Origin: a bacterium
GTDB taxonomy: Bacteria; Electryoneota; Electryoneia; Electryoneales; Electryoneaceae
NCBI GenBank assembly: GCA_963669175.1
Contig: OY769902.1
Coordinates: 960,001 to 1,024,000, forward strand
Reading direction: 5' to 3'
DNA length: 64,000 nt
Below, piece after piece: positions 8,440 through 19,242 of this stretch. The position numbers and the translations under genes were made by a program. How positions within the stretch are numbered: position 1 is the stretch's first letter; the number at the start of each line of letters is the position of its first letter. A model generated the notes under the pieces. The model was given only the letters and a program-made list of their open reading frames with translations. It was not told where the DNA came from and did not search any database.

Positions 8440-10542
8440 TTATTTCAGCAGAACCATCCGTTTCATGCTGGTCATGTTTCCGGACTCGAGTTTGTAGAAG
8501 TAGACGCCACTGGCGAGATCGGCCCCGTTGAAGGTGATCTCGTGACGCCCGCTGTTCATGATCCCGTTGGTCAGGACAGCCACCTGGCGTCCGAGCAGGT
8601 CATAGACAGAGAGTTTGACTTGTCCGGCACGGTGCAGCGTGAATGCAATCCGTGTTTCCGGGTTGAACGGGTTGGGGAAGTTCTGTTCCAGCTCGAAGCG
8701 TTCAGGCAGGTCGCCTTCCTGTTCGTCCACATCCCAGCGCCAGAAACCATTGGCTTCTTCCCAGTCGTAGTTGTGATCATCGTACCAGAACTGGGTGGAG
8801 TCGATGTGGATCGGGTAGTTTACTACCCACTCGTCGAACGATGCGAGGATATCCTCTTTCGCGGACCGCAGCCAGACCGCGTTGCACTGGGTAAACGCGC
8901 CTTCCTGCTGGTTGGCGTTCCCGCCTTCGTAATCCATGATGAAGAAGGTGTTCAGGTACGGGCCGTCGTTGTACAGGGAGATCGTGGGAGAGGACTCACA
9001 CCGTGCTTCTCCAGTCGCCGCGCCCTGGGTGGATGCGTTATAGCGTGTGTTGGTCAGGTTGATGCCCTTTGCCCACAGCAGGCCGTTATAATCTCCCGGG
9101 GGGCTGGCTGTGACGAAGACTTCTGCATTGCCGAACCCGGACTGCGAATAGTCCAGCGTATTCGTAGCGTAGAGCGGGTTCAGGGAATCGCCGCTTAACA
9201 CATTCAGCCCGATTTGCTGGTATACCATGTACAGGACACCCGTAGCCGGATCCTGGTACATGGAGGGGCGGTCGGCGGCACGGTGCCAGCTACCGGGATC
9301 ATAGCAATACTGGTAGCCATCAACCGCTAGGGTAAAGACATCGTTTACCTCGTCCCAGTGATAAATCCAGGATGCTTTGACGTTAATCGTGCCGTGAAGC
9401 TGGTAGAACCCGGACGTGGTAAAGGCTACGTGCATCTTCTCGTCACGGTCGAAATAGACATTCGCATCGCAATAGGCGCGCAGGGTGTCACGGTTAGCGG
9501 CGACACTATCCGGGAGCAGATCCATGTTCGGCGGAATGAATTCGGTCAGGTCAAGCGGGTCATTCCAGTTCAAGCCGCCGTCTTCCGACACATACACCCA
9601 GAGATCCTGGTTGTACTGGGTCCACTCGGTTATGTCGCCGGGGTGCTCGAAATAGTCTCGTGAAATCGTCGCTGCCACAGCCACACGGCTGCCGTCTTCC
9701 GAAACAGCAATGTCTGCGCTGATATTGCGCTGCCATTCACAGAGCAGAGTCTGCTGACCGACGGTGAAGGTTTGGGTCGCCGGATCATAAGCGTGACGGG
9801 AATAATAAATAGGCAACGGCTGTACGCGGTCGTCGTTGGGATCTGGCGGATTGACTGTTGTGACCATGTGCAGGATAGAATTCTGCGAGTCGAATACAGC
9901 GACCGGCCAGAACTGAGGATCATCCCCCACCTGCGCGACATCGGTTTCGATGAAGGTGCCCGGGTAGACATTCCATTCATACGCCAGGATGTTGTTCATG
10001 TCGTCTTCGGTGTTGCCGCCGTGATAGATCGGGAAACCAATCAGGTTGGTGTTGTCAAAGGCCAGGGTGGTATAAGCCCCGATGGTTCCCGAGTCGACAC
10101 GATACCCTTCCTGTGCATGTTCAACCTGGAGCGAACCGTCACCATCCACAAACGCGCGATTGAAAGCGATGTGAACATCCGTGTTTGCCGTAGGTTTATC
10201 CATCCAGGAGAAGAACGCCACATTCGTTTCGGGAGCGTTGTTAATCATCACCGTGCCCGTGGTGAACGCAATATTGCGTCCGTTTGAGCAGTTATGCTGT
10301 TCACTGTAGTAGGTGTTCCCGACACTGAGCGTGTCTCCGATAAACTCATCGAGTTCGCTGGACAGGGGATGATCCCCCGGACACCACACATTCTGCGGGA
10401 TTAGCTGCGGGTTTGGCAATACGTTACTTGGGTAAGCGCGGGTGGCAGGAACTTTTTGGTCAAGCAAGCTGGCTGTCTCTGTCGCAAAGCCCACGCTGCA
10501 TAACAACAGCAGGACAACCACAAACGATACACTCCGTGTCAT
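8440..10542 (-). CDS. Secreted protein with T9SS type A / FlgD-like C-terminal domain
   Basis: Signal peptide; BNR-like 'SEDGGLNW'; C-terminal 'LEQNFPNPFNPET...LASGVYFYKL...KRMVLLK'. Confidence 0.8.
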   Translation of the reverse strand: MTRSVSFVVVLLLLCSVGFATETASLLDQKVPATRAYPSNVLPNPQLIPQNVWCPGDHPLSSELDEFIGDTLSVGNTYYSEQHNCSNGRNIAFTTGTVMINNAPETNVAFFSWMDKPTANTDVHIAFNRAFVDGDGSLQVEHAQEGYRVDSGTIGAYTTLAFDNTNLIGFPIYHGGNTEDDMNNILAYEWNVYPGTFIETDVAQVGDDPQFWPVAVFDSQNSILHMVTTVNPPDPNDDRVQPLPIYYSRHAYDPATQTFTVGQQTLLCEWQRNISADIAVSEDGSRVAVAATISRDYFEHPGDITEWTQYNQDLWVYVSEDGGLNWNDPLDLTEFIPPNMDLLPDSVAANRDTLRAYCDANVYFDRDEKMHVAFTTSGFYQLHGTINVKASWIYHWDEVNDVFTLAVDGYQYCYDPGSWHRAADRPSMYQDPATGVLYMVYQQIGLNVLSGDSLNPLYATNTLDYSQSGFGNAEVFVTASPPGDYNGLLWAKGINLTNTRYNASTQGAATGEARCESSPTISLYNDGPYLNTFFIMDYEGGNANQQEGAFTQCNAVWLRSAKEDILASFDEWVVNYPIHIDSTQFWYDDHNYDWEEANGFWRWDVDEQEGDLPERFELEQNFPNPFNPETRIAFTLHRAGQVKLSVYDLLGRQVAVLTNGIMNSGRHEITFNGADLASGVYFYKLESGNMTSMKRMVLLK

Positions 10543-10935
10543 GGCACCTCCATCTCCGAAAACCGCGCGATGACGAGTCCAACACCCCTTCTCAGGTAGT
10601 ACAGGTCACCCGTTCTGCGCTCACGACATCGTCACGGTTCATCGTCAAAATGGTCGGCTCCGTGGACACTTCTTCTTCTAAAATACGGCGAAAATGGCGC
10701 TCTGCAATAGTCAAGAGCGCCAGAAATGAAATATTTCGCCATCTTTTTTATCGTTTGACTGGAGACACCGTGGGCTTGGGGGGCTGGTATGTCTGTCAGC
10801 AGGATGCAGGGAGAATTGCCGGTCGTTTTCAGGCAATCCGCGATAGAAACAGCCTCTACTCCGTAGTAGTACGATAGCCAGAGTCCACCGAGGAAAAAAT
10901 ACTTTTGGCCCGACTGCTTGCTGTCGGGGATCAAT

Positions 10936-10962
10936 AAAAACGGGCAACCGTGGTTGCCCGTT
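10936..10962 (-). terminator. Intrinsic terminator
   Basis: AACGGGCAACC-GT-GGTTGCCCGTT perfect hairpin with a T-run on the minus strand. Confidence 0.75.
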
Positions 10963-10997
10963 ATCATCAACAAAATCGTACAATATCAAATAAAACA

Positions 10998-13853
10998 CTA
11001 TTTCAACAGCGTTATCTGCCGTGTGGCGGTACGTCCGGCGCTTTGCAAACGCATGAAATACGTTCCGCTGGCCAGGTTATCACCGTTGAAGGTAAAGGTA
11101 TGTTCGCCAGCCTTATATGCCCCCTGTGCCAGGGTAGTGACACAGCGTCCCAACTCGTTGAACACATCCAACCGCAGGTCCGCGTTGTTGGGAAGCGTGA
11201 CAGTAACCGTCGCCGTGGCGTTAAATGGATTCGGGTATACAGCGCTGATCTCGAATTGTTCCGGCAGGCCGTCTTCCTGTTCCAGGGTTCCATGGTCTTC
11301 CCAGGTGGCAAAGGTGGAATATACCCCGCCGCCGTGGGTGCCGACAGACACAAAACCGTCGCTGTTGCGCACATCCATGTGGGTAACCCACATCTTGCCC
11401 AGGACATCTTCCCCCTCCTGGATCCAGACGGTGTTTTCGCCATCCAGCTCGAAGGTAGAAAACAGGCCGATCGTGGTGCCTACCAGGTAAATCGGGTGCT
11501 CTTCATCGTAGACAACTTCCATCCAGAAGCATGAAGGACCATTGCCGGAACCGTCAGGATTCTCTTCCAGGTTGCCGCCAATGTTGGTCCAGGACAGGCC
11601 GCCGTCTTCGGAATAGAACAGGGATGGAATATTGTAGTTGGTGAATACGGCATACACCTTGTCCGGGTCTGTCGGATCGACGGTGATGCAATGGATCCAG
11701 GCGCCAACCGGGAACTGGAAGAAATCGGTAACTTCCAACATGGACATGTTGCCAAAAGCGTCCGTAATGCGGTAAATGCGCGATTGGGTTGACAGGGTGG
11801 GATCGTAGTCGCCGTAATAGACAACAGCCTCTTCACTGGCTGAAATCCCGACCGCAGTCACCCAACGGTTTTCATGGTTGGAACCAGGCACAGTGATCCA
11901 GTTGCCTTCCGGATCAAAGAAGTTTTCATTGATGTAAATTTCATAGGTGCCGGCCACTGCCAGGCGGATGTTATCGTAGGCGCTGACTTCGTATGGTGTA
12001 ATCCAACGGTCAAAATTGCCACCCGGTGGCTCGAACCAGTAATAGTCCTGAAAGTCAAAATTGTCATCGAGGACCATACAGATGAAGCTGCCGCCATACT
12101 GGGTTGTTGCATAGTAAGCACGCCAGTCATCCCCCGGTCCGGCGCCAACATCACAAGCCATGCCATCACCACCCAGGAATTCTACCCAGGGATCAAGCCT
12201 GTTTTCCGAATCCGTGCCCCAGGTGCCATTGTCCTGCATACCACCCATGACAAACATGGAACCGTCTGTGATCGGGTCAACGGCTGTCCAGTAGAACTGA
12301 GTGGTCAGATATCCCTCGACATAGGTCCAGGGGAATACATCCTGCAGGCTGTTCTGGTACAGGCTGTTTTCACACTTGCTGATGCCGCCGTCATGGGAGC
12401 AATACGCGATATCCGGGTTCGTGGGATCAAAAACCAGGTTGTGAATATCCGCATGTCCACCCGGGAAATTAATGCCTTCTTCTTCGTGCCCCGGGTAACC
12501 GTAATAATAGTTATAGCCGTTTATCCAGTAGGTATTGTTGTCTGTCTGGAAGGCGTCATCACTACGGAACAGGCTGACACCGCCAAGATATACAATGTTG
12601 CTGGAATCCGGGTGAACCTTCACGACCATGTTATAGCCACCCTGGGGATTCGCATCCCAACCGTAAGCGTAGGCGACTTCAGCAAAGTCGGGCATGTTGT
12701 TGGACAGGTCTTCCCAGATCGGTACACCGGCAACCTGCTGCAAGTGCCACAGGCTGATACCGCCGCCGCTACTGCTGAAGCCTGAACCCGGTGTCACGGC
12801 AAAGAAGTACAACTCCTCTTCATCGGAAGGATTGTAGCCCATGACAATGCGCCCGTAACTCTGCGGGAAGGCTTCCGGTGTCAGGGGGGTCCAGGTGTCA
12901 CCGCTGTCATCGCTACGGTAAATCCCGGCGCCGGGAGACGCACTTGCGATGGTCGCGTAGACAACACCGTTGGGCGTCACCAGCACATCTGCCCAGGCTT
13001 CCGCCTCTACATCCACCGTTCCCAGGATCAAGTCCCATGACTCTCCGCCATCACGTGAACGGTGAATTGTGCCGAAAGTCGCCGCGAAAACCTCATCCTG
13101 GTCAAAATTGGTCGGATTGGTTGCGATACGGAATACGACATCAAACGGGTTGTCGAACTGATGGGGAGGGCCAACTGTGGATTCGAGCTGCGTCCAGGTG
13201 ACGCCGCCGTCGGTCGACTTGAAGATGCCTTCACCGGTATAGGTCGGGATACGGCTATTCACACCACGAGAGCCGCTGCCGGTATACTCGCCTGTTCCGT
13301 AATACCATGTATCCGTGTGGCCCTCACGGGTGTCCTGCGCAGCACAGGTCACACTCGGGGTGACATCAAACCCGGTTGTACGGTTCCAGGTATCCCCGCC
13401 ATCCTCCGACAACCACATGCCGCCAGTCACACCGCCGGCAAGGATACGCTGATTGTTGGAAACATCAATCGCCAGGGCACGGCTGCGTCCGCCGATGTTG
13501 TTCGGCCCACGGAAGCTCCAGTCCTGGGTTAATGTAGTATGACGTCCCCGTTTGGAAAGTGAAGCGTGTGCATTTAATGCATTGACAAAGGCCACTTCTT
13601 TCGAACGCATGTGTTGTGGCACCCGTCCGGTTGCCGGGTCACGAAGACGCAGCCATTCGTACTCCTTGCGTCCGTAAAGCTTATCACTCTTGTCAATTTC
13701 CTGTTTGCTGGGAAACATGTTCTTCGCGACAAAAGCAAAAGCAGGGTGCTGTCCGCGTGGCTCACCTTTCGTTTTCGGCAGCCAGGCTGTGCTGCCAATA
13801 ACAAGGATTGCAGCCACTACCAACGCCAGCACATCACGTGTTAACCGTGCCAT
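10998..13853 (-). CDS. Secreted BNR/Asp-box (VPS10/GH74-like) beta-propeller protein with T9SS-type CTD
   Basis: 'GPNNIGGRSRA', multiple SxDGGxTW Asp-boxes, 'HADIH', 'GGMQDNGT', 'GTHGGG' and a YPNPFN CTD. Confidence 0.85.
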   Translation of the reverse strand: MARLTRDVLALVVAAILVIGSTAWLPKTKGEPRGQHPAFAFVAKNMFPSKQEIDKSDKLYGRKEYEWLRLRDPATGRVPQHMRSKEVAFVNALNAHASLSKRGRHTTLTQDWSFRGPNNIGGRSRALAIDVSNNQRILAGGVTGGMWLSEDGGDTWNRTTGFDVTPSVTCAAQDTREGHTDTWYYGTGEYTGSGSRGVNSRIPTYTGEGIFKSTDGGVTWTQLESTVGPPHQFDNPFDVVFRIATNPTNFDQDEVFAATFGTIHRSRDGGESWDLILGTVDVEAEAWADVLVTPNGVVYATIASASPGAGIYRSDDSGDTWTPLTPEAFPQSYGRIVMGYNPSDEEELYFFAVTPGSGFSSSGGGISLWHLQQVAGVPIWEDLSNNMPDFAEVAYAYGWDANPQGGYNMVVKVHPDSSNIVYLGGVSLFRSDDAFQTDNNTYWINGYNYYYGYPGHEEEGINFPGGHADIHNLVFDPTNPDIAYCSHDGGISKCENSLYQNSLQDVFPWTYVEGYLTTQFYWTAVDPITDGSMFVMGGMQDNGTWGTDSENRLDPWVEFLGGDGMACDVGAGPGDDWRAYYATTQYGGSFICMVLDDNFDFQDYYWFEPPGGNFDRWITPYEVSAYDNIRLAVAGTYEIYINENFFDPEGNWITVPGSNHENRWVTAVGISASEEAVVYYGDYDPTLSTQSRIYRITDAFGNMSMLEVTDFFQFPVGAWIHCITVDPTDPDKVYAVFTNYNIPSLFYSEDGGLSWTNIGGNLEENPDGSGNGPSCFWMEVVYDEEHPIYLVGTTIGLFSTFELDGENTVWIQEGEDVLGKMWVTHMDVRNSDGFVSVGTHGGGVYSTFATWEDHGTLEQEDGLPEQFEISAVYPNPFNATATVTVTLPNNADLRLDVFNELGRCVTTLAQGAYKAGEHTFTFNGDNLASGTYFMRLQSAGRTATRQITLLK

Positions 13854-14064
13854 CTTCCCTCCATCCTATCCTATACCAGGCTCCTGTTTTTAAAATACAC
13901 ACGGAATAGTGATTTAGTCCAGTATTATTCGGGCGTTATTGTCAAGCGGTCCACAAAGAGATTCTCCCAATATTGAGTTTATTTAGCGATTCCCATCATT
14001 AATCCGTCATATGGTCAGGTTCTATGTCGGTGAAAGATCAACTATATAGTTGGAAAAAAGAGAT

Positions 14065-14290
14065 GGAAATAAGGGACTGCCTCCTTTCCCTGGGGTAAAG
14101 CCTTCCCGCTGTGAACATGGACAGGGAAAGGTAGCTTACCCTTTTTCCTGAGAGCAGGCATGAAATACACGAAAAGGGGACAGTTTCCTTTTCCAGGGAT
14201 ACTTCAGGAGTATTCCGTAAAAGTGAGAGGAAAAGGATCCCGTCCCCTTTTCCCGGCAATCTCTATTATGTCGGAATAAAATCGAGAACA
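14065..14290. repeat. Four-site GGGGACAG-type array 'C'
   Basis: Sites at 14065-14090, 14124-14148, 14171-14194 and 14229-14253. The 3' half and tail are homologous to 59837-59959; the sites also match 22617-22839. Confidence 0.8.
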
Positions 14291-14295
14291 GCAAT

Positions 14296-14324
14296 AAAAA
14301 AAATGCCCGCAATTTTGCGGGCAT
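14296..14324 (-). terminator. Intrinsic terminator of the chemoreceptor gene
   Basis: ATGCCCGC...GCGGGCAT hairpin followed by a long T-run on the minus strand. Confidence 0.8.
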
Positions 14325-14343
14325 CTAACGGTTGAATTTGTGT

Positions 14344-16710
14344 TTAATAGTCGAAGCGTTCGATTACAGGCAGTTCATCCACTTGTTTTTCGGCGTGCAT
14401 TTTCGCTTCCAATTGCCGTTTTCCGATCAATTCCTGTTGCTCCTGGATTTTGAAGCGTGCTACGATTTCCTGCATATACGCGGCCTGGCTGGAAAGCTCC
14501 TGGGCAGCAGCGGCGCCTTCCTCCGCATTGGAAGTCGCGCTCTGGGTGACATTATCAATCTGGGTAAGCGCATCGGCCACCTGGTCGATTCCCTGGGCCT
14601 GGCCGGATGAAGACCCGGCGATTTCATCCACCAAAACGGCAACCTTGGTGATGCTTTCAACAATTTTGCCTAAGGCCGTTGAGGTTTCTTCAACGATCTC
14701 GTTCCCATTATTAATCCTGGCAACCGATCCCTCGATTAGGGCCGTAGTCTCCTTCGCAGCGCTGGCGCTACGTTGAGCGAGGTTTCGGACCTCATCGGCC
14801 ACAACAGCAAACCCCTTTCCATGCACTCCGGCCCGCGCAGCCTCAACCGCAGCATTTAACGCCAGCAGGTTTGTCTGGAACGCGATCTCATCAATCACCT
14901 TGATAATCTTCTGGATCTCGGTGGAGGAGGCATTGATCTCGTTCATGGATTGTACCATGGACGCCATCTGCTTGTTGCCAACCGTAGCCACATCACGCGC
15001 TTCCGTAGCCAGGGTATTGGTTTCACGTGCGCTCTCGGCGCTTTTCCTGGTACGTGAACTCATCTCAGTCATGGCCGATGTAATCTCTTCCAGTGAACTG
15101 GCCTGCTCTGTAGCGCCCTGTGATATGGCGGTGCTGGTGTCGGCCACCTGCTGAGAGCCATTGGCCACCTGGTCGGAAACGGAACGAATCTCACCCATCA
15201 GGTTGTTCAACGTGGCAAGGGTCCGGTTCATGGATTCCTGCAGATGCTGGAAGACCTTGCCGACTTCACGGGTAGTATCATTCGATTCATCCGCTTCGAA
15301 ATGTATCGTAAGGTCGCCGTCATTGAGTGCATCGAATACGGTTACCAGCTTGTTGATTTGAACTTTCTGGTACTCGGCGATCTCGATCATCTGACCACGC
15401 ATGCGTTCGGATTCAGTCTGATCGGAAACCACTTCCAGAACCCCTATGATCTTACCATTGTCATCGTATATGGGTGTCCCGGTATAATCGACATGGTAGT
15501 CTTCATGGCCGATGTGGGCAATTGTATGGCTGTTGGTAACCTGGTTGTTTTTCATTGCTCTATGACAGGCGCAATTTTCTGTCCCACAGTGATCCGTGTT
15601 GAAATAGGCAGCGCATTGTTGCCCTCTTAGGTGGTCCATGGAAACAGATTTTAAATTCAGGCCGGCACGGTTCATGTATTGAATGTTCATATTCGTATCA
15701 ATGATCATCACCGGAGTCGGTACAGAATCCAGATGGCTTACAAAGGTGTCAGCCATGGCGTTAATACCATGGAGTAATTCCTTGAAAGCGCCTTTGAATT
15801 CGTTCTCGTCGGCGCGCAGGGTCAGGTTCCCACGCAGGGAACCGTCACGAATTTCCCGTACTTCAGATTGCAAACGTAAAAGTGTTTCCCGAAGAGAATG
15901 CATTGCGATACCCAGGGTGTCATCCTCCGACGTCAGGACAACATGCGCTTCAAGGTCACCCGCAGCATATTTCTCGACAGTCTCCGTTTTGTCGAGGAAA
16001 TTCTCACGTAATTCACCAAAAGACTGGGAAAGGTCGCCGATTTCATCCCGGGTGGTCACCGCTACGTCTCGAGAAAAATCACCAAGCGCCATTTGCCTTG
16101 CTGAAAAAACAAGTTCTTTTATCACGCTGACAATTTTCTTTTCCACGACCAGATAGGTTATCAGCGTGGTCAGGAGTACGGTTGCCAGTCCCAGGAGGAC
16201 TGCCCAGACACGATTGGCGCGTCCGTCCGCCAATTGTTCATCCAGGGAAGAACGAATGCTGAGGACGACCATGGTTTCGCCTTCGGGAACATCATGGCAC
16301 TCAACACAGGATTCATCAGCTACCATGGGGGAAACGATTCGAAGCAAACGCTGACCTTCACGGCGTTCACGAAGCAACTGAGGCGTTTTGGAGGAGCTGA
16401 CAAGTTTTTCGGATTCATCCAGCTCGGCAGGCTCATCACTTACAACAGCAGTGGCTTTCACGGAGACTTCTTCGATGCCTTCAACCGAGGCCACATCTTC
16501 TACAAACGGTTTGAAATCGCTGACGCCTTCCCTCATGGCAAAGGCCAATGATTTGGTAAGCATGTCTGAAGTTGCCCATAATTCATTTTCTACAGATGTA
16601 ACGCTGGCTTTTCTGTCATTCATGAGAAACATGGTCAACATGCAGGTCATTGTGACAAAAAGTACAATAAGGGTAGTCAGGGCAATTTTCTTAGAAAGTG
16701 AAAGAGTCAT
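14344..16710 (-). CDS. Methyl-accepting chemotaxis protein with periplasmic CxxCH, HAMP and PAS domains
   Basis: 'IAFQTNLLALNAAVEAARAG..GKGFAVVADEVRNLA' signalling tip, two TM segments, 'CVECH', and a Cys-rich PAS segment. Confidence 0.92.
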   Translation of the reverse strand: MTLSLSKKIALTTLIVLFVTMTCMLTMFLMNDRKASVTSVENELWATSDMLTKSLAFAMREGVSDFKPFVEDVASVEGIEEVSVKATAVVSDEPAELDESEKLVSSSKTPQLLRERREGQRLLRIVSPMVADESCVECHDVPEGETMVVLSIRSSLDEQLADGRANRVWAVLLGLATVLLTTLITYLVVEKKIVSVIKELVFSARQMALGDFSRDVAVTTRDEIGDLSQSFGELRENFLDKTETVEKYAAGDLEAHVVLTSEDDTLGIAMHSLRETLLRLQSEVREIRDGSLRGNLTLRADENEFKGAFKELLHGINAMADTFVSHLDSVPTPVMIIDTNMNIQYMNRAGLNLKSVSMDHLRGQQCAAYFNTDHCGTENCACHRAMKNNQVTNSHTIAHIGHEDYHVDYTGTPIYDDNGKIIGVLEVVSDQTESERMRGQMIEIAEYQKVQINKLVTVFDALNDGDLTIHFEADESNDTTREVGKVFQHLQESMNRTLATLNNLMGEIRSVSDQVANGSQQVADTSTAISQGATEQASSLEEITSAMTEMSSRTRKSAESARETNTLATEARDVATVGNKQMASMVQSMNEINASSTEIQKIIKVIDEIAFQTNLLALNAAVEAARAGVHGKGFAVVADEVRNLAQRSASAAKETTALIEGSVARINNGNEIVEETSTALGKIVESITKVAVLVDEIAGSSSGQAQGIDQVADALTQIDNVTQSATSNAEEGAAAAQELSSQAAYMQEIVARFKIQEQQELIGKRQLEAKMHAEKQVDELPVIERFDY

Positions 16711-17275
16711 TTGACACCTCCCAACAGGAGTTAACTACAGCGTGCACCGCCCCCCAAGGCTGTACATATCACTAATCAATTTCCCCCCGATTGCAAAAAA
16801 TAGCAAGCAGTGTTTTGTGTAACATGCCCAATCAAGAGTATATATCACGAGTTACGAGTGTTGGGTGTCGAGGAGTTTGTATGGACCTCAAACCGTTGTC
16901 ACAATTGATTTTTATAGACATGGGGTTTTGACAGTTCAGAAAAGAAGAGAGGCTCCTTGTCCGGGGTTTCCGAAATTTCGCCCCAGACTAACTTTTACAA
17001 GTTTAAAAATTTCTAGTATAATTTTAGTAGCGATGTTTGATTTGAGTCACTTTAGTGAAGGGTTTTGATAGTAAAATTTGCATATTGTGCCATATTCACA
17101 GGTGGGTCTCTCTGTACAAAATACTGTGAATGCAGGTTTCAGGCAATTTTACAGAGGCGAGCCCCTGTTTACCGAAGACTCTACAAATAACCTGTTCACT
17201 TTACTTGCTATTAGCATAAATCTGGCTGAAATTATAAAACTGTGCGGCAATCGTCATTTTTTTACATGCGAGGCA

Positions 17276-18172
17276 ATGATGGAAAAGCTTCCCCTTGGTA
17301 TGGTTCAACCAGGCATGGCGCTGGGTGAAGGCATTTTTGTGAATGGACGTCTTCAATTCAGAAAAGGGCGTATTTTAACCTCCTCGGACATCCGTGAGAT
17401 TCGTTCCCTGGGCATGTCTTCTGTTGGGGTTGACAGCGACTCCATGGAGCAATTCAAGCGTAAGGGCACCATCACAGATCAGACTCGCGCCCTCGCCGTA
17501 TCCAAGGTTCAGAATGTGTATCAGGATTTCGAGAACCTCTCTCCCGCTGCGTACAAAGAGATCCATTCGGTCGGGGAGCAGATTGTAGAAGAGATCCTTG
17601 ATGTCGGTGAATTGCATATCACCGCGCATGACTTGCGGTCCTATGACGATTATACTTACAGGCATTCGGTGAATGTGACCGCGATATCGGTAGCCATTGC
17701 CCACACCTTGCAATACTCTCGTGACGACCTGAAGCAGATCGCGGCGGGCGCCCTCTTGCACGACATCGGCAAGATGAAAATCCCTGAAGATATCCTTCGT
17801 AAAAATGGGAAACTGGATACGGATGAGGTAAGAGTTGTACGTCAGCACCCGGAATGGGGATTGGAATTGATGGCGGAAAAGACTGCCAGCCGTCCGGTTA
17901 TCTGGGGTATCGCCCATCAGCATCATGAATCCTGTGATGGCAAGGGGTACCCGGAAGGCAGGAAAGGTGAAAAAATTCATCCCTGGGCGCGTGTAGTCAT
18001 GGTTGCCGATATCTGGGATGCCCTGCGAAGCGAACGCCCTTACAAGCAAGCCTGGTCCCCGGAAAAGACCATGACTTTCCTGAACAGCGCAGAGATGAAA
18101 CCCAAGTTGGACCCTGAACCGCTCAAGGCCTTGAACTGTATGGTAAAGCTGCATGATGAAGTGTTAGATTAG
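17276..18172 (+). CDS. HD-GYP domain phosphodiesterase
   Basis: 'HSVNV', 'LLHDIGK', 'HHESCDGKGYP', 'ADIWDAL..RPYK'. Start placed at ATG 17276. Confidence 0.88.
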   Translation: MMEKLPLGMVQPGMALGEGIFVNGRLQFRKGRILTSSDIREIRSLGMSSVGVDSDSMEQFKRKGTITDQTRALAVSKVQNVYQDFENLSPAAYKEIHSVGEQIVEEILDVGELHITAHDLRSYDDYTYRHSVNVTAISVAIAHTLQYSRDDLKQIAAGALLHDIGKMKIPEDILRKNGKLDTDEVRVVRQHPEWGLELMAEKTASRPVIWGIAHQHHESCDGKGYPEGRKGEKIHPWARVVMVADIWDALRSERPYKQAWSPEKTMTFLNSAEMKPKLDPEPLKALNCMVKLHDEVLD

Positions 18173-18213
18173 TGCCAGTTGAGCCGGAAGAACTTCCAAC
18201 CAGAGCAGTCGTT

Positions 18214-19164
18214 ATGTTTTCTCTCACGCGAGTAACACTTGCACTGGGCGGTGTGTTACTGTTGCTGGCAACAGTCGTTGTGGTCTGCGCACAACCGCCG
18301 GAACGTCTGATCGCAGTGACCTTTGATGATTTACCGGTAGTGCGTGGCAACACGGTCGAAATGGAACGTGTTACCCGAACCCTTTTAGCCAAGCTTGATT
18401 CGTTGTCCATTCCTGCTGTCGGTTTCGTGAATGAAAAGAAACTGCCCGGCAAGGATGAAAGTGATTCGCTTCGGCATGTTGTCTGTCTTGAAGCATGGCT
18501 ACAGGCTGGCCAGGAGCTGGGCAACCACACCTTTTCCCATGCAGACGCCAACAAAACTCCCTTTGAAGACTACACTGCCGATGTCCTGAAAGGTGAAACG
18601 GCGCTACGACCATTAACTGAAAGTTATCACAGTCCCTTGCGGTATTTCCGTCACCCGGTGCTCCATGCCGGCCCGACCGCAGGATATTCTGACTCGCTGA
18701 ACTGTTTCCTTGAAGAGCATGGGTATGAGGTGGCGCCGGTTACCATTGACAACCAGGACTGGATGTTCGCCTACGTTTATGAATATGCAGTTCATAACGG
18801 CGATACCGAACTTGAAGAAAAGGTCTGTGAGGCCTACATACCCTACATGCTGGGAATGGTTGACTTCTTTTCCACACAGGGCGATGCTGTTTTTGAGCGT
18901 CCCATTCCGCAAGTTCTCCTGCTGCATTCGAACAGTCTGAATGCAAAAATGTTCGATTCCCTGGCGGTGCGTCTTATGGAACGTGGGTATCGCTTTATTT
19001 CCCTTGAAGAAGCGATGCAGGATGAGGCCTATTCAACGAAGGCCGGGTTTACACCGCGCGGGATGTCCTGGATATACAGGTGGGCGACGACCCTGGAGGT
19101 AGAATTGGCCGCGGAACCCCGGGAGCCCGACTGGTTGAGAGAAGCTTATCATCATTTGCGTTAA
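18214..19164 (+). CDS. Secreted polysaccharide deacetylase (CE4)
   Basis: 'AVTFDDLP', 'GNHTFSH', 'YFRHP', 'LLLH'; signal peptide from ATG 18214 (an upstream start at 18172 is possible). Confidence 0.85.
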   Translation: MFSLTRVTLALGGVLLLLATVVVVCAQPPERLIAVTFDDLPVVRGNTVEMERVTRTLLAKLDSLSIPAVGFVNEKKLPGKDESDSLRHVVCLEAWLQAGQELGNHTFSHADANKTPFEDYTADVLKGETALRPLTESYHSPLRYFRHPVLHAGPTAGYSDSLNCFLEEHGYEVAPVTIDNQDWMFAYVYEYAVHNGDTELEEKVCEAYIPYMLGMVDFFSTQGDAVFERPIPQVLLLHSNSLNAKMFDSLAVRLMERGYRFISLEEAMQDEAYSTKAGFTPRGMSWIYRWATTLEVELAAEPREPDWLREAYHHLR

Positions 19165-19242
19165 AGCACTTCGTTTATTCGATTCGTTGCCCTATATTCA
19201 AGCTGATTCGGAGAATTGACGTTCAAAAGGGGAGAAAAGGGC

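Noticed and set aside
16711-17275. c-di-GMP riboswitch between the chemoreceptor and HD-GYP genes
   Set aside because: An imperfect hairpin exists at about 17098-17168, but no recognisable class I or class II consensus.
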